From Ascidiella aspersa (taxonomy: Eukaryota), in assembly GCA_963924565.1 (NCBI GenBank), contig OZ004615.1, positions 20,274,001 through 20,338,000 on the forward strand: a stretch of DNA of 64,000 bases, read 5' to 3'. Numbering within the stretch: the first letter of the stretch is position 1; the number at the start of each line of letters is the position of its first letter. The position numbers and the translations under genes were made by a program. Of this stretch, positions 39,801 through 51,800 are shown in pieces. The notes beneath the pieces were generated by a model. That model ran no database searches, was not told where the DNA came from, and worked only from the letters and a program-made list of their open reading frames with translations.

Positions 39801-42800
39801 ATGCTACTGCACACCAACCAATCCTCTTAAAGCATATAGGTAGTCGTTAAGGTTCCGCATTGCTTCTCCTAATCTGGGTACAGAGCTAGAACAAAGTTCC
39901 ATAAATAATGCAAGAGGTAAACTTTTTGTTTTAAACGGGGAGCCAGGGTTTATAAACCAAGTGTAAAATCACCTTCGGTGTGATTTGCACTAAGACACTA
40001 ATGCAGCCAATGTGCCAAAGGCCATTGGTATAATGCAACAAAAAAGAGACGAAAATACACCTCACCCCTGTGTGTCTCCATATTATCTTACATCTATTTG
40101 GGGTTACAGGCTATGACAGGCAAAAATGTTCACACATCACATAAGTTAAATTAGCAAGAAAAACACTTTTCACAAAACATCGAAACAAAAACTGAAAGAT
40201 CAAAATTGTCAAAAAAGTCGCAAACCGTCGTCGAAGGAAAATGTGGCCGACGCTAGATTTTCCGAGTTAAAGTCACCGCCTTCGTTTTTATACTTGTTGG
40301 ACAGAAACGCCTCCAAATCGCTGCTTTGAACTTCCTTGGCCGTCTCAAGTGTACCTGGGTGGTAGAGTCGAAGAGTTAAATGTAGAGATAGACCGATATG
40401 TCGGTTTACCGATAGTGTCGCCAAAATTTTGCTTCTCCTGATAAATCGGCATCGGTACATTTTGGCCGATATTTCAGCCGATATTTTACTACGAAGTATT
40501 GATTTAGTTTTTACTTAAAATCAAATAAGTTGCCTATGCTTAGGGGGGCAATTTTTTGGGCAAACATTTTTTTAGCATCATGCAAAGCTATTTTGCAAAA
40601 TATTTTTATACATATAGGTAGATAAACTAAAATATTATTTTGATTTCCTTTCAATTAATGTAAATTTTGACTCTATTAGAGGTTTATAAAAAAATCGGTA
40701 TTGATATCGGGTATCGGTTGGCAAAAACGTAAAAAAATATGTTATCGATATCGGTCCGAAAAAGTAATATCGGTCGATCTCTAGTTAAAAGCTTTGTTTC
40801 TCAAACTGTGCTGGTATGGCACGCTAAGAACTTAAGGGAGCATTTTTTTCAAGGTTAATGTCAATTATCGCAGCTATGCCGCAAGTTATATTCGACTTTT
40901 GCCACATTAGATCTACTTATACGGATTTCGACTTTTGCTACATTAAATCAAAGTACAAAGATTTTCTAACTCCTATTTTGGCTTTAGTAAACATAAGTGA
41001 AATTGGACGAATTGGTTTCTTTTGAAACTTTGTGGTGCGCAGCGACAGTAAAAAACAAAATATGGCTTGCAGCTAATGAAGGTCGATAACAATTGTATTA
41101 CACTTGGTTGAATAGAGAATGTGGCTAAACTTTTCACGGGTCGGCTTCTGAATCTTACTCAAGTTACTATGTATCAGAGGTGTGCGAATTTATTCGCATT
41201 GGTCAATTTTAAACTAGAGATTCTGGTTGGAATTTGTAAGCGTTTCGGATTTTGTATATTTTCTGACCATGAGAACAAAAAAGACAACATCTTAAAACGT
41301 CACTAAAATACGTTTAGCCAGTTGTGAACATTATCATGCCCAACGAGTGCTTTTTTTTTGAATTTTTTTTTTTTGAAATACAAAACTGTGGTAAAGTCGG
41401 TGAAAGTATGACGTGGGCGTCGCGCATTTTTCCAAAAAAATGAGGACAAAAAGCTGATGCTTTGGCAAACGTAAAGAGTCGACGAAAGTGCCTTTAAATG
41501 TGCTATCGGTAAAGCGAAATAAAGGTTATTTTTGTCGTGCTGGCGTTAAACCTTTCAGTAAAAAAAATCACTTTTGTCGGATTTGCAAGCTTGTTTTAGC
41601 AAAGGTGACCAAACGTAAAAATTTGCCAAAAGTGCCTTTGTACCTGCTATCGGTAAAGCGAAATAAAGGTTATTTTTGTCGTGCTGGCGTTAAACCTTTC
41701 AGTAAAAAAAATCACTTTTGTCGGATTTGCAAGCTTGTTTTAGCAAAGGTGACCAAACGTAAAAATTTGCCAAAAGTGCCTTTGTACCTGCTATCGGTAA
41801 AGCGAAACAAAGGTTGTTTTTGTCGTGCTGGCGTTAAACCTTTCAGTAAAAAAAATCACTTTTGTCGGATTTGCAAGCTTGTTTTAGCAAAGGTGACCAA
41901 ACGTAAAAATTTGCCAAAAGTGCCTTTGTACCTGCTATCGGTAAAGCGAAACAAAGGTTGTTTTTGTCGTGCTGGCGTTAAACCTTTCAGTAAAAAAAAT
42001 CACTTTTGTCGGATTTGCAAGCTTGTTTTTAGCAAAGGTGACCAAACGTAAAAATTTGCCAAAAGTGCCTTTGTACCTGCTATTGGTAAAGCGAAATACA
42101 GGTTGTTTTTTCGTGCTGGCGTTAAACCCTTTCGTCAAAAACGAATCACTCTTGTCGGATTTGTATGCTTGTTTCAGTTAAGGTGATTCTTACCTTGAAA
42201 TTGCCGCCGGTAGCTTTCACTAAAAGCTTCCGTGAAATTGGAGCCAGGTGTTCGGAAGTAGTACACGTCGTTGGGACCGTAAGCGTCCAGAGTCAAGTCT
42301 AAAAAAGTACAACAACGAGTTAAACAATAAAAATGATGGATACACCAACAGTAGCACACAGCAAATCTTGCTGCAGACATAAACTAGATAAAATCGCAAT
42401 TTTAACAATAAACAATTCCAAATAAAAGTAGAATCAATAAAGTAAGGGATTTGTATGCTTTACATTTTAAAGCATGTTTATAAACATGGTAAACACTAAA
42501 TACTCTTTATAATCAGGTTTACAGCTTGAACAATCGAAACAAAATACTCTTGTAAATTGATTTTGAAGAAGAGATGAACAGATTAATGGTATATATTCAA
42601 TTGGAATATGCCTTGCTCAATTTTCACATGTATTCTTTGGCATGCAAACAATACTAACTGAAAATTAAATAAACTGAAGGAAAGCAATGTATTAGTATTA
42701 GTAGAAATTTGGGCTTTATAATAATGTTTAAAGAGCCAGCCAAAAAGATTGCAACCACGTTTAATTACAGCATTTTTAAAATGGCAAGCAGTAAACATTC

Positions 42801-45800
42801 TTCCTAACTTTATATGAGAAAAAGATTTAGCTTTGCAATTAATTTTAAACATGTACGACTTAACCGACCCAAAGCAATGTTCTGTTGCTGGAAAGGCGGA
42901 AACTTGGCGTTGATAATTGCGATAATTGCAAAGGCAACGGGAACCAGGAGTTGAGCAATGGCCACCTGCGAAACAAGTTAAAATTAATACAAGCTTATCC
43001 ATCGAAAACGCGTTTCTGTTACTTGGATTCAAAGCGTAGGCCTTGTCCTTACGTGAACCGTGATATTGATGTTTTCATGACTACCATTTAATTTTCATTA
43101 GCTGAACCGATTTTCGATAGCCCCTGTTTATATTTTCAATCAATATAAAAATCTGCTACGATCTTTCTTAAAGACGTTAAGGGGAAGCATTGTTAAGCTA
43201 CATTAAAAAAACGTTTGAGATTATACAATCCTAGCGGAACCACAAACAAGTAAAAGCTTGTTACAAAACCTTTCGGCACAAAAACAAATTTACACCATTT
43301 TATAAACAAATTAAGAACGGATTTTATTTGGCGTTAAAACTTATACACAACTTAAAAAACTACAGTACAAAAAGTAACACACCTTGAAGTTTCTTTTCGA
43401 GTGTAGGAATCTTTTCACGAACAGGCCGTAGAACTGCTGGAACCACAGTGTGGCGCCCGAGTTGTAGGCCAGGGACGAGTGAAGGTGTGCTGAGAAAAAA
43501 TATCGGGTAATATCTCGAAGAAGAAATAAACGACAACCACAAGGACGTAAAATATGTTTTTATTGGCAATGGGTATTTGTTAACCGAGACTTTGAATCAC
43601 CCTTTATTGAGGCCTATCGAGGCCTCTGAAAAAAAGTAACCCCACAACTTCCAAGGCATTTTTGAGGATGCACAAAAAAGATTTTTCGCAATTACAACTA
43701 GTTAGAGGTAAGATACATCTACGTGTGTGAATCGGTCTACTAATGATACACATGCCGTAATAGTTGGTCAAAAGGCAGCTTCATAAGGGCTAGATCAACG
43801 TTGTTGAGCACATATGTGTGTAATGAGTATCTTTCATTGAATGATAATATGGTACTATAGATCCCCTTATGTGAAGTTTATTGCACTGACAAAATGTAGC
43901 AAGCATTGGCGTATCGTTGTTTTTCGACTCGCTTCTCTCTGTGCCTGTGTAGCTCAGTTGGTAGAGTTCCGGTATGACCTAAGGCCATAAGTTCGAACCT
44001 CACTGCACGCTAGTTATTTTTCTAGCCTGCCTTGCTTGCATCATTGATTGACAGATTCGGTGAGTCTGCGATGGCTTTTGATGTACTTACAACTAGTGGC
44101 TTGTTATTGGACAGGAAGTATGATCGAATATTTAAATAACTGGGATTTCAAAGCGAGTATTTTTACTTGAAAGGTATTTCGAAAATGCCTGACCCTATCG
44201 CCGACCCAGAATAGTGGCTGGTTGGTTCTGAGCAGATTTTTTATACTTTTTACTAAATAGTTTTAAGAAATCTATTTTTTCGTTGTATATGAATATTAAA
44301 TCGATTTCTGTATTTTATTTATTGGACAAACGGCCATTTTTCCGTTCGCGGTAATCCTAGGTATGTCCACAACGCGGTAATTCTAGTCTTAGGTAGAATA
44401 AAGTATTTTAAAACCAGTTTAAAATCGTTGAAATTGTGTGAAAGTTATTTCCTACTTGGTTGGGGTTGGAGGGGAGACGAGATGTCGTCCTCCGGCGTGG
44501 CGTGACCTTCACCTTTTGGGTCGAACATCTCCCGTGACCTTGACGAGGACATCTTACGGTTGACTGAATCCAGGGCGCTGTCGGCGTCCTCAGTGACCCT
44601 GCAAAAGGGGAATACCCACTCGCGTAATTAATAGGGATTCGTACTTTTTTTGTTTGATTATGATTTGTGCCAAACGTTTTCACATTTTTTTTTAACTTTT
44701 AACCATACTTTACACTTACACGAAAGGAAAGTGCTAAACGGTAGCAATTAAATTAAATTTTGCGGTAGTATAAGGCTTCGAAATAAAGCTTGCTAAATGT
44801 GTTTTCGACATTTTCCTGTTTTTTAATATTTATTCGACGTTTTTGCTTTAAAAACGCATACAACACCTCCCATTCCCAGTTTTAAAAAAAACTGATTAAG
44901 CTGTTTTTTCATCCGTTTCTTAACAAATCATGCTTAACCGAATTACGCTCGCTTGTACTGCTACGACTTATGAACAAAATTGCAGTTCGAATCAGGATGC
45001 GACAGCTACATTTCAGGGTAGTAACCCTTTATTCTGTCAACTACATCTGTTGCATAGTATCACGAGAGTACCATACAATATGTGTTGCTGCTATAAACTA
45101 GCGCTGAAAAACGCTGAAATGCGCTGATAAAAATACTTAATTTGCCGTTTTACCGAAATATCCTTTGAAATCATTTGCAGATGTTACCTTACAATATGTG
45201 TTGCTCCTGATAAAAAAGAGCGCTAAAATGCGCTGATGGGCAAAAACGCCAAATGTATTATCGCGTTTTACCGAAATACTTTTTTTGAAATCGGGCGAAA
45301 TACTTTTTGAATCGGCTATCATTTGTAAATATGCTTGTTTGGTCTGGTCACCTTAAGAAGACCTCTTCAATGGTGGTGAAAATGCATTATGGCGTTTTAC
45401 CGAAATCTTTTTTGAAATCATTTTCAAATATATTAAAAGCTTTGGAGCATAATGGTTGGAGGTTGTAGTAAGACGTAATAAAAATATCAAAGCTCATGCA
45501 GAAGTAGGTATCATTTTGAACGTTTCGTATAACTCTTTATTCGTTTTCAACATATATGTTACATATTACAAGCTGTTTTTTGCTCTGGTCACCTTAAGAA
45601 GACCTCCTCCATAGTGGTGACTGATGCGCCGAAGTTCTCGACTCCGAGCCGGTTGGATCGGTCCTCCAGAGCCGAGAAGAGTTTGGGGAAGAGAGAGGAA
45701 CAGTGGAAGGGCAAGAGGAAGGAAACCTCGGAGCCGGCGGTCCGCTCCAGGTAAGCCTCCGGAACAAAGGAGCGGAAGAACTCCTTGAGCTGTGAGGCAA

Positions 45801-48800
45801 GGAGGAAGCATTGAGAGCCAACGAGTTCGAGTAATGCTTATTTTTAAACTGATGGAACTATGTGAAAAATGCAGGACGATCATTAGCCGTTTAAAAGAAT
45901 AATATACATTTCTAATATAGGATGGGGTATTTAGGTACTATATAAAGATATATTGGATTGAAATCTTGACCAGCTTTCGCACCACCGTTCTTCGTTAGGT
46001 AAAAGTAATAAAAATAGAAAAAAAAATCTACTTTGATCTGATGAAGCACGCTTGTGTAAAATCTTGTCAAGATTTTAATACAATGTGTCTTTATATAGTG
46101 CCACCTGATTACCCTATTTAGAGTCAGTCAAAAATGGCCATTTACAAAGATTGTTATAGGATGTTGAGCTCTAAAAACATAAGGCTAATATAGTTTAAAC
46201 CTCTAGTAATGCAAAAAGTTTCAACAAACTACTGTGATAGTGTCATCCCGTAAGTCACATAAGCCAAAATGACCATCAATAAACTTGTGGCTAACACCAG
46301 TATAGGTAACAAACGCGAAACACGGTATATGTGTGTGTGTGTGTTCCACGTGCAGGTCGCAATGTCGAGGGAAGATTTTTTTTCGAGATGGAACTTACCT
46401 TTGTGACGTCACAATCCTGTGATTTGGTGAGGATCACGTGATAGCCGACGCCGAACTTGCTCTTAAGAAACACGGAAGAACCTGCGAAAACATGACGTCT
46501 AATAAAGAAATACAAGTAAATTCAAATCAACTGTTACCCGAATAGCATCTCAATATTGCAACTTAATGTTTTTGCACAAGGAAAAAATCCCATCACCACA
46601 AACTAAAACGATTTTTTAACATTCTATGGCTAATTACTACAAACGCCAAGCAAAAGCCAATTTTAATAGGAACTCTGTTTAATTCTACATTTGTTTGAAT
46701 CGAAGCGACAAAATAAGGTTTATCGTACATTGCAAGTCGGCTTGCAAATAGCAAATAAGTTTTGACGCACCGCAGGCTTTATCGTTCACAAACTGCTTTC
46801 TTTGTTTATGTTTGCAATTACTAAACATGATCTTTGAAATACCAGTCCCTGGGAATAAATTTACCTTGGAAAAATCCCCTAACTTGTACATATGATACCT
46901 TACTTGGAACAGCTATCAATTTCAATAAATGCAATCTGTACTGAAAAATCCCATCATTTATACCAGTGTTTTGCAACCTTGGTTTTTCTTTGCATAAGGA
47001 TAATAGCAAAGCTTTAGCAAAACCACCATCTTTACTAATTTTTTCACAAGTGAACATAAAGCATAATAAATCGGCATTAATAAACGCAAATTTAGCTCAT
47101 ATAAGTCATGTCTTCGTCTTGCTTCTGCGACTTCGTGTTACTTTTTAAAGAAATCTTGCTCAAGACCAATCTCATTAATCTTACCGCGTGAACAACTGTA
47201 GTCGGCGAACCAATTTTGGGTCACCACACACAAATTTAAAGCACGTGCAGTGAGCTTTTATTAGTTGAATCCCTAAAAATAAGGACGTAAGGTGTACAGA
47301 ATGGGGACTAGAGATGTACCTGCGCATCTGAGCTTGCCGTCGGCCATGATGGCGATCCGATCTCCGAGGAGGTCGGCCTCATCCATGAAGTGCGTGGAGA
47401 GGAGCATGGAGCACTTGCTCCTGTACTCCTGCACAACCTCCCAGATCGCTCGTCGAGCGGCCGGGTCCATCCCCGAGGTCGGCTCGTCCAGGATCACATA
47501 CTAAAAAGCAGTTTTGCAACTTACCATAAGTCAATGACCAGTTACTAGACTTGAGTGCACTTAAGTCACTGTATTCAAGTGACTTGATTTTACTTAAGAA
47601 GAACCAGGTGACCATGTATAAAGACAAATTTTATTGAATTCTTTACAATCTTTCGTACAAACGCGCTTCATCAGCACTGCTTCAATACAATTTGTCTTTA
47701 TACAGTGTCACCCGATTCCTCTAATTAGAATCAGACAAATACGGCCATTTACAAAGATTGATTTTACTTGAGTCTTTTGAGCAAAATGACTTGACTTGAT
47801 TTAAGTCTTTTAAACAAATGACTTGTTTTAAAATAAAATGTTTTCGTCAGTGAATTTTTGATAAAATTGAGTTATTTATATTAATTTTCGTACATAAAAC
47901 AATTTGTTTGCTATATGTTGCGTTTCAGTTATATTCTTAGTTCAATTAATGCTTACAATCGAACGGGTTTAACAATTTTATTTTATGACAACGGTTTGAC
48001 TTGGAATTGACTTGCTCTAATCCATTTTTAGCTGTTGAGTGATTAAATAAAGACGATTGGTCGAAACCGGTCACTTTTCCGTGCCAAGAAAAACCTCAAC
48101 TATTCAGGTCTCCAACAGCGTGTGATCGTTTTTAAGACTAGTCAAGCTGAATACAAAACAAGTGTTTGTAAATCAGAAAGGCAATTCCTCAGCTGGTATG
48201 TTATAATAGCACGTACCTTAGGGTAGGCGACCAGGGCGATCCCTACAGATAGTTTTCTCTTCATTCCTCCAGAGAGCTTGTGCGACTGAACGTGACGCTT
48301 GTCGTCCAGCTTTAGAGTTGACGTCATATCGGCGCCGCAGTTCTGCGCCTCCTTTTTGTTGTAGCCCTTCAGCTGCGGGAGGATAAAAAGGCACCTGGGT
48401 CACACTTACGTAAGAATGACGTATAAGCACCTGCGTCACACTTACGTAAGTAAACCGATTTGGTTTCGTCGGAAGGCCGGAAATATGGAACGGAATATAC
48501 AATTTTCTTGTTTCAGGGAAAAAAAGTAATTCACACTTACGTAAGAATCTCCAGCACCGCATTACAGCCCAACCTAAGTTGAACTTTTACTTATGTAGAT
48601 ATTTATCTTGTGTGTGACTGCGTGTTGATATATATGTCATTGTCACATGTTCGAAAGAAATTTAAATCTTTGAATTACAGGGGAAGTCCGGTAAAAACTC
48701 AAGTGCAAAGTTGAATAATATTTTTTTCATGAAAAGCGCACCTGTGTCGCATTTACGTAAGCAAACCGATTTCGATTATTTATTTTCCGGATGACCGGAA

Positions 48801-51800
48801 ATTTAAACGGAATATACAATATTCTTGTTTCGGGGGGAAAATAGTACAAGAAGTTTTAAGACATTTTCCGCATTTTTTTTTCAATTTCTGTCCAAACCCG
48901 TTACATTATATAAAGCCAACAGTTTTTCGCAAGCAATCTAAAGAAAGTTGAATCTTGGAATCACAGGGGAAGTCCGGTTAAAACTCAAGAGCAAAGTTGA
49001 GTAATATTTAAAAAAAAAAAACGCACATGCGTCACACTTACGTAAGCAAACCGATTTCGTTTATTTTCGTACCGGTTTGGAAGGACAGAAATTTAAACGG
49101 AATATAAAGCATACTTGTTTTGGGGGGAAATGTAGGAGAAGCTTTACGACTTGTTTCGTAATTTTTTAATTTTTATTTTCTATGCAAACCCGTTACTTTT
49201 TATAGAGCCACCTTTTTCACAAGCAATCCCGAAGTTGTTTGATTCGCCTTGCTGGCAAAAGTAACAGACTTAGCGTGTAAAGAACTTGTTAAGCTTTTCG
49301 ACATAAAAAGCCACGAAAAAAAACAATTAAGTTGCTGCGACTTATGACATTTTTCTCTTTTTTATATTTTTCCATTTTTTTGTTTTTCGTCATTTGTTTT
49401 CTACTCGAATCGCTAACACCACAATAGAGCACAACCTCCGTTGAACTTTGATATATTTAGATTTTTACTCAAAGTTGAATAATTAAGCATACACTTGGGT
49501 ACACTATGCACGGATCTGTAATGTAGCTTAATAATAAATTTCAAAGCCAAAAAGGTCGAGTAGATCGACACCATCTTTATTAAGACACACTAACATACTA
49601 ATCACACTAACTGAAGATGATACAAGTTCGTATCGAAACGTCTTAATCAAAATGCTGTCGATCTACTCGACCTTTTTGGCTTCGAAATTTATTATTAAAC
49701 ATATACTTTTTTTCATAAAGTATTAGAAATAAGAAAAATCTGCAAAATTTTAGCTATATGCTAAATGCAATTTCTTCGTGGCATGGTTTTAAGCGTGTAT
49801 AGGCGTACCATATAACTACGTAATAAATCGAACACATTCTCGGCATAAATGATTTATGGGCTCGGCGAAGACTGACGTTTGAAATCTAGTTAAATTTGCG
49901 TCGTAGTCGATAGATATGGGAGAGGGTCCGAGAAAGTTACGCCGTCTTCGACTTAAGTATTTTTAATTTTGTGTTTTGTTACTACATGAACCCTTCAATA
50001 GCCTTGCAAAAATGTAACAAAATTAAAAAAACAACGCTTAAAACGATAATTGCCAAAATATAGCCAAAGGTGCACTTGTGATTAGTTTTGTTGCGTTATA
50101 CATAAAAACACGCAATAAAAAACGTCTTTAAATCACTCGTAAGCGATGAATGGCCTTCATTCGTACGGCAGTTATAACCCGGCATTTTAGGCGGAAGATA
50201 ATTGTAAGGTAGTCGGGTAAATTTCGCCGGCAGATGCTCACTTTGAAATGCGCATTTATAGGTATTTTACATAGTTTTAATTTCTCTTACTTCGGTCTTT
50301 AATAAATAAATAATAACAACGAAGGTTGTAGTTTACTCTTTTGTTATTGGTCCATTTTTGCAAACAAAACTCCCAAATTGTCAAGTTTTCGAAAATATAG
50401 GTCTATTGGAGTTCGTATTTCGTATTTATTGTTTTCCTTAGATTTATTGTCATGCATCTAATACCCAAAAACAAAACAAGCCTAAACGGCCGTTAAAACA
50501 GAAAAAAATACCTCATTGTTAAGATTGCATGTAAAACGCTACAAAACTATTGTATGTTTTTTTACATACCCGCGCGAAAAAGTAAAGGTGCTCTTCGACT
50601 GTGAGTTTGTCGAAGAGAATGTTGTGCTGCGGGCAATATCCAAGCGACTGGCGGACGCCGCGCAGGTCCTTTGTGATGCTATGACCGAGCACCGAGGCCT
50701 CTCCGGAGGTGGGTGGGAAAAAACCTGTAAAGGTGGATTTTTTACTGCAAAGGTGTACTCCAGTGATTCTCAACCTTTTATGGCCAACGGCACCCCTCAA
50801 AAATAATAAATAGATTTTTGGCGCCCCGACCGGAATTTTTTGAGTATTTTACTGAAATAATGGAACTGATACAATACAATCAACTTAAAACATGTAGGAA
50901 AATGTAATTTGATTTCATGGTCTCTAATCGTACACAAATTGGTTTATCAAAAAGCTTACCAATGGAGCAAAAAATCAGATTCTTTAAAATTCTTAAATAC
51001 CTAATGGGCATTTATAAATGCATTACCCTTGAGTATTAGAAAATTGAGCATTAGAAATGGCACACCAGGGCGCCGCGACACCCCGATTGTGAACCACTGG
51101 TGCAGTTGATTAACTCTATCGCTTAAAGTACGATTTAAGTGATATTGATACTAAAGTCGGTAAGTTGGCAAAAGTTTTTCTATAAGATTAGTCGGCAACC
51201 TGTGGACCTTTCGTATCTGTGCTCTGGCTCCTGTGACTCAGAGACATTAAGCTCATTTTTTAAATTGGAATAAATAATTAGTGCTGTTAGTGCAACAATG
51301 CAATACCTTATTGCGTGTGTAAGATTATTGTTATTTAGGATTTATTCCGACGCGTAAAATCGTATACAAATGCTATGCTTAGTATTTTGGAGCTTGTTTA
51401 ATTTATACTATACATTAATCTTTGTTTGGTGACTATGTGGGTTGGTATCGTTGTAATTAACATTAAACGGTTTACGTGTGTATCTACAAAGCATTTGTGT
51501 TAACATATATATATAAAGCGCTAAGTTTTTGTTTTACCTAGTTAATTGATACTGTGCTATTTTTGAACGAACCGAACCAAAACATGCCACAAAAGATGGC
51601 AAAAAGTGACCGTATTTGTCTAATTATAAATTGGGTAAGTTTTCATAAGGTCAAAGTGAAAACTAACTATTTTCTACTGATGAAGCACGGACGTACGAAA
51701 GTTTGTCGAGGATTCAATACAATTAGTCTTTTTATAGTAGCCTACCACCTGGTGTCCGAAAATTTGAACATTGTTGTGAGGCAGTGGTATGGCGCCCTGT

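Noticed and set aside
41488-42051. 187-aa ORF as a Cys-rich repeat protein
   Set aside because: It is the translation of a 144-bp tandem repeat antisense within an ABCA intron, has no ATG start, and is frameshifted in the fourth unit.
43750-43825. Short dispersed repeat (gccgtaat.gttggtcaaaa.gcagcttc...acacatatgtgtgt; also about 31878-31948 on - and 56250-56325) as a fixed part of the tRNA-derived element
   Set aside because: Its orientation relative to the tRNA-like head differs between the 43.9-kb and 56.2-kb loci, so a fixed composite is not supported. It is probably an independent SINE/LINE tail.
48038-48076. Possible fourth hammerhead family (taaagacgattggtcGAAACCGGTC)
   Set aside because: The GAAA-CCGG-UC half fits, but the CUGANGA box and adjacent stem I are missing and there is only one copy.
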